Shown here: piece after piece, positions 56,010 through 64,000 of the stretch
How the letters are laid out: every line of letters starts with the position of its first letter
How positions within the stretch are numbered: the first letter of the stretch is position 1
DNA from: Candidatus Obscuribacteraceae bacterium
GTDB lineage: Bacteria; Cyanobacteriota; Vampirovibrionia; Obscuribacterales; Obscuribacteraceae
NCBI GenBank assembly: GCA_044229845.1
Contig: JBGASG010000004.1
Location: 64,001-128,000 of the forward strand
Length of the DNA: 64,000 nucleotides
Direction: 5' to 3'
The notes under the pieces: generated by a model
Seen by the model: only the letters and a program-made list of their open reading frames with translations
Told to the model about the DNA's origin: nothing
Databases searched by the model: none
Translations under genes and position numbers: made by a program

Positions 56010-56759
56010 CTAGTCGGCGACGATGCCGATGCGGGCGCGACGTTTGCTGGTTTCAGCCAGATCGCCTGCCATGTCGGCTTGTATGTTGGCAAACTTGTTT
56101 TCGATGCGACGCAGTGTCGATGCACTCAGTTCACCCTTGCGATTTGTTTTACGCGAAAGCACCGCTATTTCGTCGAGCTCTTTGCGCAGGTTTCTCACTT
56201 GATTGTGGCTCAGTTTGCCGCTGGCATGAGCGACACCGATTTGCAGATCGAGTTTGGCACGTCGATACGCGATGTTGTCGGCAAAGTAAACGAGCTTACC
56301 TTCCACGACCAAGAAGTGATCCGGCAATACTGCCGTCGCAGGCAGCGCAGTTACTGTGACCAGGCTTCCGGTCGCATCGACGGTGGCATAAACTTTGCCG
56401 GTCGATTGGTCGACGATGTATTCTCCTACTTCCAACGGAGCACCGTTGATCATGCGGGTGGCGATGTCGAATCTGCCGGTGATGATACCGCGGGTCGGAT
56501 GGACAACTATGTAGGATGGACCAGCCGGCAGCACCGCTGGTGATGACGAAACCACTGTCTTCGTCGCAGTCACAGTTCCGCCGGGCAGAGTCGTTGTTTC
56601 GGTGGTGGTGGTCTTCACTGTCTCGGTGACCGTGGCGGCTGGGATCGTGGTTTCGGTGACCGTGGTGGCGGGATACGTGATCACCTGCACGACTTCAGCA
56701 TTGGCCAACTGAACCGAACCCAATAAAGCTACGGACAGTGCCAGCAAGGTTGCTCTCAT
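56010..56759 (-). CDS. secreted hypothetical protein with Thr-rich repeats
   Basis: GAGGA RBS; signal peptide ending ANA-EV; PAxTVTET duplicated. Confidence 0.75.
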   Translation of the reverse strand: MRATLLALSVALLGSVQLANAEVVQVITYPATTVTETTIPAATVTETVKTTTTETTTLPGGTVTATKTVVSSSPAVLPAGPSYIVVHPTRGIITGRFDIATRMINGAPLEVGEYIVDQSTGKVYATVDATGSLVTVTALPATAVLPDHFLVVEGKLVYFADNIAYRRAKLDLQIGVAHASGKLSHNQVRNLRKELDEIAVLSRKTNRKGELSASTLRRIENKFANIQADMAGDLAETSKRRARIGIVAD

Positions 56760-56919
56760 GACTGATTCCTCTAATGTTATGCGTTAATTCCAGAACCTTC
56801 CGGGGGACGGAATCGGGCTGAGTATGGTTCCCTGATTTGATGAGGAAGATCCCTGGTCAGATGCTCAGCTCAGCAACGAGGTACAAGATACTGGTACCCG
56901 TCACCGTCCCACCGGCGTT

Positions 56920-58278
56920 ATGACCCAGGTTGACGAGCTAAAAGTCGCACAACTGTTTTTGGAACGGCATCGTCCAGCAGATGCCGAACAGCACGCGCGC
57001 AAGCATCTCTCGCAGAGCCCTGATGATGCGTGGGGACATCAGACGCTCGCACTGGCTCTCAACGCCCAGAAGCGCTACCGAGAAGCGCTCGCTGAGGCTA
57101 AGTTGGCAGTCAGTCTGGCTCCCGAAGAAGCCCACATCTATTACACACTGGCCAATGTTTACTACCACACCGACCTGTTGCAAGAATGCGAGACCGCAGT
57201 CGATCGAGCGATAGAACTATGCCCGACGCACGCTCCGTACTGGGGATTGAAAGCCAACGTCAAAATGGCGCAGGACAACTGGAGAGGCGCGCTCGCGGCT
57301 GCAGATGAAGGGCTGCGGCACGCGCCCACCCACATTCATTGCCAGAACTTGCGAGCACTGGCACTGGCGAGATTACACAAGAAGGATGTAGCCGAGACCG
57401 GTTTTGAAGAGTCGCTGCGGCAGGATCCAGACAATGCCTTGACGTTCGCATATCAGGGCTGGATGTATGTGCACCACGCCGACGCAGATAAGGCGCTAAC
57501 CGCGTTTGCTGAGGCACTGCGACTGGATCCTACCAATGACTGGGCCCGCACCGGCATGTTCTATGCCTTGCGCGAGAAACATCTCTTGTTTCACCTGGCT
57601 CGCAAAGTTCAACGTCCCGTGCCCATGGTATTCGGCTGGATGGGATTTATATTTGGGCTGCCGATATCCATTACCTTGATGGTAATGGCGGGTCAGAATT
57701 TCTGGTTGATACCGCTTGCGGTGCTCTCCTGGACGATCACAATCTCTTTGCTCGTGTTGCTCTATGTGCCGATCGATATGCGAGACGACACATTGAAAGC
57801 AATCATGCTTTTCGATAAGCGCGGTAAATATCTTCTGTCACCAGCGGAGCGGTCACAAGCCGCGCGCGTCTACTTTGGCGCATTCATTGGACTCTTTATC
57901 GGCATTGGTCTTGGTTTTGCCAAGGACAGCAAGCAGTGGAAATTTCTTGAGTTTCCCAAATTGACCAACTCAGAACAGACGGCGCTTGTCTGCATCGGTC
58001 TGGAGCTGGTGCTGATTTTGATTGCGGTGTTGGCGTTCTTCGGGAATGAGATGCCGGAGCAGCGGCGTAACAGTTTGACCGGCGTGCTGCTCACGCAAAT
58101 CGTGTTTCTGCCCGTCGCCATTTGCTCTGCCATCGGATTCTTCACCCCCTCTCTCCAAACCATGCTGATGACCGTGTCATCAGTATGGATCTTGTTTTCG
58201 GGGCTGCTCATCTGGATTTGCGCCGCACGGCTGCGCAGCTGGATCTCCAAACAACTGGAGTTACTCATCCCCAACTAG
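56920..58278 (+). CDS. TPR protein with C-terminal multi-TM region
   Basis: About 6 TPRs followed by about 6 TM helices. Confidence 0.82.
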   Translation: MTQVDELKVAQLFLERHRPADAEQHARKHLSQSPDDAWGHQTLALALNAQKRYREALAEAKLAVSLAPEEAHIYYTLANVYYHTDLLQECETAVDRAIELCPTHAPYWGLKANVKMAQDNWRGALAAADEGLRHAPTHIHCQNLRALALARLHKKDVAETGFEESLRQDPDNALTFAYQGWMYVHHADADKALTAFAEALRLDPTNDWARTGMFYALREKHLLFHLARKVQRPVPMVFGWMGFIFGLPISITLMVMAGQNFWLIPLAVLSWTITISLLVLLYVPIDMRDDTLKAIMLFDKRGKYLLSPAERSQAARVYFGAFIGLFIGIGLGFAKDSKQWKFLEFPKLTNSEQTALVCIGLELVLILIAVLAFFGNEMPEQRRNSLTGVLLTQIVFLPVAICSAIGFFTPSLQTMLMTVSSVWILFSGLLIWICAARLRSWISKQLELLIPN

Positions 58279-58440
58279 GGAAAATTTCACCTACCGCGCA
58301 GACAAACGTGTCAAGATAGAGGTAACTGAACTGAATATTCTATTCGCTTCGACCGCCGAGCCACTCGGAAGCGCGGACGAGCCGAATCTTCTGCCGTCTC
58401 CTGATCCAAGAAACGGATACCCCCTCATGAGGACGGGACC

Positions 58441-59004
58441 ATGGAAGGAACCTCTCGCAGTGCCCTGCTCAAGACGCTCGCTGCGGTGCCGCTTGCCGCC
58501 ACAGTCGGTGTCATTGTTTCTCCTTTAGTAAGATTTGTTTTGCCCACGCGTAAGCCGCTCGATCTGTTCGCCCCATCGGATCAACCCGTGGTGCTGCAGT
58601 CAGTATCGTTTGCGGCGAACCAGTTCCCCACCGCCTGGACCTGCCAGGAATTCACCTTCGTCCAGCAATATGTGCAGTACAACCCGGAAGGCAAGGATTA
58701 TCGCAAAATCCCCGGATACGCGGTCAAACTGCCGAGCGGCGAAGTGGTGGCATACAGCCGCATCTGCCCGCACCTCGGTTGTATCTTCAACTTCGTAGAA
58801 GACCCGGATGAGTGCGCCAAGAAATACAACTACCGGCCGCAAGGTCCGGTGTTTGCCTGCCCATGTCACCAGAGTGTCTACGATATCGCTAATGATGGCA
58901 GAGTCGTGAGCGGACCCGCTCCCCGACCGCCGCGCAAGTTCACCATCCACAAGGCGGGCGACACAATAGCTATCACCGGGCTGGAGTCCGGTGGCATCGC
59001 GTAA
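58441..59004 (+). CDS. Rieske 2Fe-2S protein (QcrA/PetC-like)
   Basis: CPHLGC and CPCH motifs, GPAPRP, N-terminal TM. Confidence 0.93.
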   Translation: MEGTSRSALLKTLAAVPLAATVGVIVSPLVRFVLPTRKPLDLFAPSDQPVVLQSVSFAANQFPTAWTCQEFTFVQQYVQYNPEGKDYRKIPGYAVKLPSGEVVAYSRICPHLGCIFNFVEDPDECAKKYNYRPQGPVFACPCHQSVYDIANDGRVVSGPAPRPPRKFTIHKAGDTIAITGLESGGIA

Positions 59005-59027
59005 CATGCATTCGCGCTGACTCTCGG

Positions 59028-61085
59028 TTATGGCTTCCGGCGCCGTCTTTCGATGTCTTGCCGGATCTGGTCGCCGTATTGCTGCCACAGTTTGGCTGCC
59101 TTTTGCGGCGACTCGAACTGGTAGTGCCACTCATCTCCACGGACAAATTTGCCTCTCCAGCCGACCGCACGCAGTGCCGCGTCGACATCGGGATCCTGGA
59201 AGTTTTTCACATCCATGGCGCTGCCGCGTTCGTGCATCGAGCGTCCTTCCGGAGCATGAATGCCTTGAGCGAGACGTTGCTGAGTATGGGTGCGACCGGC
59301 GGAGTTCTGCTGATCGGTGGTCCCTTCCGACGCCAGAATGACGCGCTTGCCTTTGGCTTCGAGTAGTTTGTTGGCGAGGGCCAGCGATTCAGCCGCTGGG
59401 CGGTCTAGCCAGAGCGGCTGGTCGGCGATCACCTGACGGCGGCCCCGTGCATCGGGTCCGGTAATAGTGCCTTTGTATCCAATATAGACAGGCTCGATTT
59501 TCTTGCCGCCGCCCGGACGGTTCCCGACGTCGTTGACAATTTTAGGATCGGTTACTGCATCAAGCATCAAGGGATCGCCGTCGGCTCTGGGCGGTAGAAC
59601 CGTGGGTGGTGGCACTTTGTCTTTCACCACAGGCGGCGTCACTTCCGGTGGGCGCACCACAGGCGGACGCACTACCGGTGGGCGAACCTCAGGAGGGCTC
59701 ACCACAGGCGCCCCGGTGGCGCGCTCGGCGTATTGCGAAACCGTGCTGTCGCCAACGTTCGCGCCCCACCACTTGCCGTGGAAGTCCGAGTCGCCGCGGC
59801 GGTCTTTCTGCTTGCTGATCGCTCCATTGCGGTCGACCCAACGCAATACCGGGTGCTGTCCACCAGCGGTATCGGCAGCGTGTACGTTCATAAGCTTGGT
59901 GACTTTGCCCATCGAGATGCGGTGGATATCGAACTCGCGCATGGTCTCGCCGTCTTTGAGGGCGACTCGCACCTTGCCGTCTTTGGTCTTCGGACCCTGT
60001 TCCCAGAGCTTGGCGAAGGCAGAGGCTTTGTCGTTGAACGAGGCTTTCGGATCTTCGATGGTCGAGATCAGTTTCTGATCGACTCCCTTTTGCCATTCCG
60101 GCACGGTGACGTCGCCGCTGCGCGGAGCCGGCAATACTTCCTGTCCGCGCGGTGGACGGACGACTGGCGGTTCGCCTTCGCGTTTCGGTGGCTTGTCTTT
60201 ACCGGGCGGAGCGATTGTGCCGTCGTTGTTGATCTTCGTATTGAGAACTTCCATGGAGAATCCGTGTTTGACGTGCGGACTGTTCCACGCTTCTATTTCA
60301 GGTCGGCTCTTGCTGCCGGGGTCGACAGCCAGGTCCACGCGTCCCGCGCCCTTAATGCTGCCACCGGTGTCGACTACGCGGAAGTGAACTCCGGTCAGGT
60401 CGAATCCATATTTCTGTTTGTAGGCGTCGCCCCATTTGGCAATCCAGGCATCTTTGGACATGCCGGTCATCTGCTGGAAGAAAGCGTCGTTCTGCATTTC
60501 AGCAATGCGGAACATGGTGCCGTATTTGCCGTTGGCGTGCCGAGGATCGCCTGCGGCGGCGGCATATCCGGCTTTAACCGGATCGGCGAGAAACTTTTGC
60601 AGGGTGTGATCGGGAAGATAGACTGGTGGTGTACGGTCGGGAGGGGTCGAACCGTAGGCTCCGCCCTGACCGCGGACCGGTTCATAAACGGTTTGCCAGG
60701 ATTGCAACTTGGACACCACCTGCGGTGCCTTATCGGCGGTGGACGGCACTGCGTCGGCAGCCAGATTCACCTGTCGGTCGTTGCCACTGGTACGACGCAC
60801 CGGGCTGTTATAAGTAATGTCCAGAGTCGGAACCGGCATGTTCCAATTAGCCATAGCATTGGAGAACCAGAGGCTGCCGTTGTTCTCTGTCGAACCGAAC
60901 GAGAATCCACGGTTAGTAATGTCGGTGCGTCCTGATAGTTCCAGGGTGCGCGCGGCGGCAAAAACATCAGGTCCGGCTGCCGTGATAGCCAGGTCGTTAT
61001 CGCCTGCGGTGCGAAGCGGGGGGACATCCAGAACGGTAGACGTGTCCGGATCGTGATCCGGCGTTCTATGGGGTGCGCCTGTCAT
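59028..61085 (-). CDS. multidomain cell-wall hydrolase: 3D-like domain + Pro-rich linkers + M15 peptidase
   Basis: AAAGDP..YGT..FRVVDTGGSIKG..RVD; SMHERGSAMD..DEWHYQF; no signal peptide. Confidence 0.78.
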   Translation of the reverse strand: MTGAPHRTPDHDPDTSTVLDVPPLRTAGDNDLAITAAGPDVFAAARTLELSGRTDITNRGFSFGSTENNGSLWFSNAMANWNMPVPTLDITYNSPVRRTSGNDRQVNLAADAVPSTADKAPQVVSKLQSWQTVYEPVRGQGGAYGSTPPDRTPPVYLPDHTLQKFLADPVKAGYAAAAGDPRHANGKYGTMFRIAEMQNDAFFQQMTGMSKDAWIAKWGDAYKQKYGFDLTGVHFRVVDTGGSIKGAGRVDLAVDPGSKSRPEIEAWNSPHVKHGFSMEVLNTKINNDGTIAPPGKDKPPKREGEPPVVRPPRGQEVLPAPRSGDVTVPEWQKGVDQKLISTIEDPKASFNDKASAFAKLWEQGPKTKDGKVRVALKDGETMREFDIHRISMGKVTKLMNVHAADTAGGQHPVLRWVDRNGAISKQKDRRGDSDFHGKWWGANVGDSTVSQYAERATGAPVVSPPEVRPPVVRPPVVRPPEVTPPVVKDKVPPPTVLPPRADGDPLMLDAVTDPKIVNDVGNRPGGGKKIEPVYIGYKGTITGPDARGRRQVIADQPLWLDRPAAESLALANKLLEAKGKRVILASEGTTDQQNSAGRTHTQQRLAQGIHAPEGRSMHERGSAMDVKNFQDPDVDAALRAVGWRGKFVRGDEWHYQFESPQKAAKLWQQYGDQIRQDIERRRRKP

Positions 61086-61264
61086 AGGTTGGTATTCCTA
61101 CCGGGAGCTCAGGGGGTGGCTCGCGGCTTTTATATCAAGGGGAGGATTTTTGCAGGGTAGAACTAGAATGTGGCAGATTTGTGAAACGCGCATGGGAGAA
61201 TTCCCATTGCCCTGTTCAATCCTATGCTAAAGTGCGAGGACCTTAGACAGAAAGGACTCTGAGC

Positions 61265-61711
61265 ATGAGCATCTCGAACTTCAAAACGGCAGCAATCAGC
61301 TTCGTCTTCGGCTTTGCCGGTGCCTGCACCGCCATAGCCGTTGCCGCCGGTCCAAAAGCCTCGGAGGAAGTAGTAACCAAGAAATTCACCCTGGTCAACT
61401 CCGCCGGCAAGCCCGTAATCATGATGATGACTGATGGAGAGAAGGGACACCCCCGCTTACTGGTGAAAGCAGCAGATGAAAAATCGGGCGTCTCGCTGCG
61501 TGTCGATGAAGAAACAGGTAGGGGTCAGGTGGCGGGATTGAGCGCCGAATACGGCACTAAGACCGGGGCGGTAGTGGGCGTTAGCGAGGGCGAGTCACGT
61601 GTGCGCGTCTTCTGCGGCGACCAGTCCAAATTTGCCGCGGTCAACGCAACAAAAGCACGTCAGGAATTCGTAGTGATGGACGGCAAAGACGTGCATTGGC
61701 GCTCCAAATAA
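61265..61711 (+). CDS. secreted hypothetical beta-rich protein
   Basis: AAGGA RBS; N-terminal signal/anchor. Confidence 0.65.
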   Translation: MSISNFKTAAISFVFGFAGACTAIAVAAGPKASEEVVTKKFTLVNSAGKPVIMMMTDGEKGHPRLLVKAADEKSGVSLRVDEETGRGQVAGLSAEYGTKTGAVVGVSEGESRVRVFCGDQSKFAAVNATKARQEFVVMDGKDVHWRSK

Positions 61712-61738
61712 GACCGCGCCTTCTGCTAATATTTGCCA

Positions 61739-62893
61739 ATGAACCTGAAATCCGAGTCAATCAAATTTGGCGAATTGCTTGTCAAGCTAGGATTGGCAAC
61801 GGAACAGGATTTGCGCCAGGCGTTGCAAGCGGCGCCGCAATTCGGGTTGCCGGTGGGCAGAACTCTCGTGTTGTCAGGTCGCCTGACTGAACAAGAGTTG
61901 CAGCTGGCCGTTGAACTGCAAGCTTTGATCAACCGCGAAGGCTACTCGATAGAGGCGGCTCAGCGAGCGGCACAACTGGTGCGCACGCAAGGACAGTCGC
62001 CGCAGGATGCGCTCAAACAGATAGGCGTGTCCGAAACTCCTGATCGCACCACACTGGGCAATCTCTTAATCGAAGCCGGCGCAATCACTAGCGAGAATCT
62101 GCAGGATGCGCAGAAAGGCAGCTATGAATCGGGCATGCGGCTCGGTCGGCTGCTCGTGCTCAAGGGTTTCATCACCCATCAACTTCTGACGCGCGCCCTG
62201 GACTTTCAACAGATGGTGCGCGACCAACGCATCTCGCTCGATCAGGCAGTGCAGATGTTGAAAGCGCAAGTGCCTAACGAAGTTTCTCGCGCAGTGGCTC
62301 TGGAAGCGCATGGGATGAAACCAGCCCCGGCGTCTAAGAACGTGCGCTTCGGTGAGTTTCTTGTATTAAGCGGACTGGCCACTGAACGCGAAATCTTGAA
62401 CGCGATGGAAACCAGCATGACCCAGCAATGCAGCCTCAGCGAAGCATTGATCAAGTTAGGTCTGGTATCGCAAACTGTTTTCGATTGCGCGGCGCAGTTG
62501 CATCAAAAGGTCTGCCACGGCGAAATCACGGTCGAACATGCGACATCGGAAATTCACGATATGGTTTTTGGACCGTCGATGAAGAAACCAGAAAAGCAGC
62601 CTGTTCTGGGCGAGCTGCTCAAAATGACAGGACTGGTGACTGACACCGACATCACAGAAGCGATTGAATTGAGCAACAAATATCCGTCTTTGATCGGCAA
62701 GATGCTCGTAATCTCGGGTGCGATCGATGAAGCAATGTTGATTGCGTCACTGCGGTGCCAGTATCTGATCAAGCATGGCTATCTGGGTGTCGAAGATGCC
62801 GTCAAGGCCCTGCAGTACACCAAGAAAACTCGCGTCAGCTTTGACGATGCCATGGACGAACTGGGCATGCGCACTACTACTACGCACGTATAG
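61739..62893 (+). CDS. stand-alone protein of four tandem MshEN/GSPII_N-like domains
   Basis: Eight xLGxxLxxxGxxT-type motifs, e.g. RLGRLLVLKGFITHQLLTRALDFQ. Confidence 0.75.
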   Translation: MNLKSESIKFGELLVKLGLATEQDLRQALQAAPQFGLPVGRTLVLSGRLTEQELQLAVELQALINREGYSIEAAQRAAQLVRTQGQSPQDALKQIGVSETPDRTTLGNLLIEAGAITSENLQDAQKGSYESGMRLGRLLVLKGFITHQLLTRALDFQQMVRDQRISLDQAVQMLKAQVPNEVSRAVALEAHGMKPAPASKNVRFGEFLVLSGLATEREILNAMETSMTQQCSLSEALIKLGLVSQTVFDCAAQLHQKVCHGEITVEHATSEIHDMVFGPSMKKPEKQPVLGELLKMTGLVTDTDITEAIELSNKYPSLIGKMLVISGAIDEAMLIASLRCQYLIKHGYLGVEDAVKALQYTKKTRVSFDDAMDELGMRTTTTHV

Positions 62894-62951
62894 ATTTTTC
62901 GCTGGACAGATCAAGGTATCCGGCGAGCGGGTATGAAACAACGGAGAAACT

Positions 62952-63671
62952 GTGAGGTATGCCATGCCGGTATCAATGAGAAGTCGACACAAGCAGCTCT
63001 GCACAAGCGGGTTCCTCGCCGCAATGATGTCTCTTGGCGCTGGAGGCACGACACCGGCGTCTGCGGATGCCGCCTTCGATGCCGCGGTCAAATCGTACAA
63101 CAGCCGCAACTTCCGTGAGGCAGTCGCTCAGTTCACGGCTTTGAAAAACGCCAATCCGAAAAATGCCACCATCCACTACTATCTGGCGCTGTCGTACCAG
63201 GGCGTCGGCAACCGCAGCGGAGCCAAGACTGAGTATGAATGGATTGTTGCCAACGACCGCACCCAACTGAAAGCTATGGCCGAGAAAGGGCTGCAAATCG
63301 TGGGTGGATCCGGCGGCTCTGTTTCCTCATCGAGTTCATCATCGTCGGATCCGAATGTTGCGGGCGCACCACCAGCGGCCGCTCCATCTGGTCCGAAAGT
63401 TAAGACCATTATCGACTTTTACACGACCTGGTGCGGTCCGTGCAAGAAGTTCGAGCCCATTTTCGATGAGGTAAAACGCAAGTACCCCGATATCACGTTC
63501 AAGCGCCTGGATGCCGAAGATTCCGCCAATGCCGATCTGGTGGAAAGGTACGGGGTGAAAGCCTATCCAACCATCGTAAAACTGGATGGCAGTGGCAAGG
63601 TGCTGGCAAATTCCGCCGGTGCGCCTCGGACCGCTGAGGACTTCGAAGCGGAAATCAAGCAATTTCATTGA
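62952..63671 (+). CDS. secreted TPR-thioredoxin protein
   Basis: Signal peptide, HYYLALSY TPR, Ser linker, WCGPC, AYPT; start uncertain. Confidence 0.88.
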   Translation: MRYAMPVSMRSRHKQLCTSGFLAAMMSLGAGGTTPASADAAFDAAVKSYNSRNFREAVAQFTALKNANPKNATIHYYLALSYQGVGNRSGAKTEYEWIVANDRTQLKAMAEKGLQIVGGSGGSVSSSSSSSSDPNVAGAPPAAAPSGPKVKTIIDFYTTWCGPCKKFEPIFDEVKRKYPDITFKRLDAEDSANADLVERYGVKAYPTIVKLDGSGKVLANSAGAPRTAEDFEAEIKQFH

Positions 63672-63700
63672 TGCCCGAATGCCGGCTCCAGTGAGCCGTA

Positions 63701-63820
63701 CACAAAACATACACAAGAAATTCACAAGATATTCCGGATTTGTTCCGATGCTCTCCTCTAGAGTAGGTGCGCTTGGACTTCATCCCGCCGTGTCACGAAA
63801 ATCCACGAATTGGGTATAAA
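63701..63820 (+). promoter_or_regulatory. direct-repeat boxes and -10 element upstream of the last ORF
   Basis: CACAA at 63701, 63712, 63723; CACGAA at 63794, 63804; TATAAA at 63815. Confidence 0.5.
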
Positions 63821-63882
63821 GCTCAAGGACCCGCAACTTTTACCATCCGTCATTTCGAGCCCGCCGAAGAGAGGATTTTGTC

Positions 63883-64000
63883 ATGGTCGCCAAACCTGCA
63901 CATGTAGAAAGCGCCGACGACGCCGCCGTTGCCCGTCCGGTCGAGACCGCAGTTATTCAACAACAGACTGCTACAGCATTAACAACGCCGGAATCCACTG
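63883..64000 (+). CDS. partial CDS running off the window
   Basis: GAGAGG RBS, ATG 63883, open frame MVAKPAHVESADDAAVARPVETAVIQQQ... Confidence 0.6.
   Translation, partial: MVAKPAHVESADDAAVARPVETAVIQQQTATALTTPEST

Noticed and set aside
59733..60935. 400-aa + strand ORF and similar long antisense ORFs (e.g. 19426..20265, 24440..25222, 34826..35611)
   Set aside because: Shadow frames opposite well-supported genes, as expected in GC-rich DNA; no motifs.

Overview
GC-rich bacterial chromosomal segment with about 55 CDS. I found no rRNA, tRNA, CRISPR array, transposase or prophage. The gene content suggests a non-photosynthetic Melainabacteria/Obscuribacterales-like organism (inference only): four Hanks-type Ser/Thr kinases, paralogous OmpR regulators, MshEN-like repeat proteins, two VIT-domain proteins and many secreted low-complexity proteins. 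Housekeeping genes (def, moeB/moeZ, RlmI-like methyltransferase, Rieske, SDR, MFS, thioredoxin) sit among two toxin-antitoxin loci (hicBA, RES/Xre-like). Best leads: (1) a VIT membrane protein ending in a VirB2/TrbC-pilin-like hairpin and sharing a QGATNGT motif with its paralog, a possible new surface-display/sorting system; (2) several signal-peptide-less peptidoglycan hydrolases and proteases that look like secreted effectors; (3) two orphan structured-RNA candidates with their own terminators (12.6 kb, 55.6-56.0 kb); (4) an Asn/Gln-rich leader peptide before an internally deleted LysE transporter; (5) an unannotated 28-aa ORF; (6) recurring regulatory motifs and REP/MITE-like elements. All domain calls come from motif recognition by eye, not database searches.
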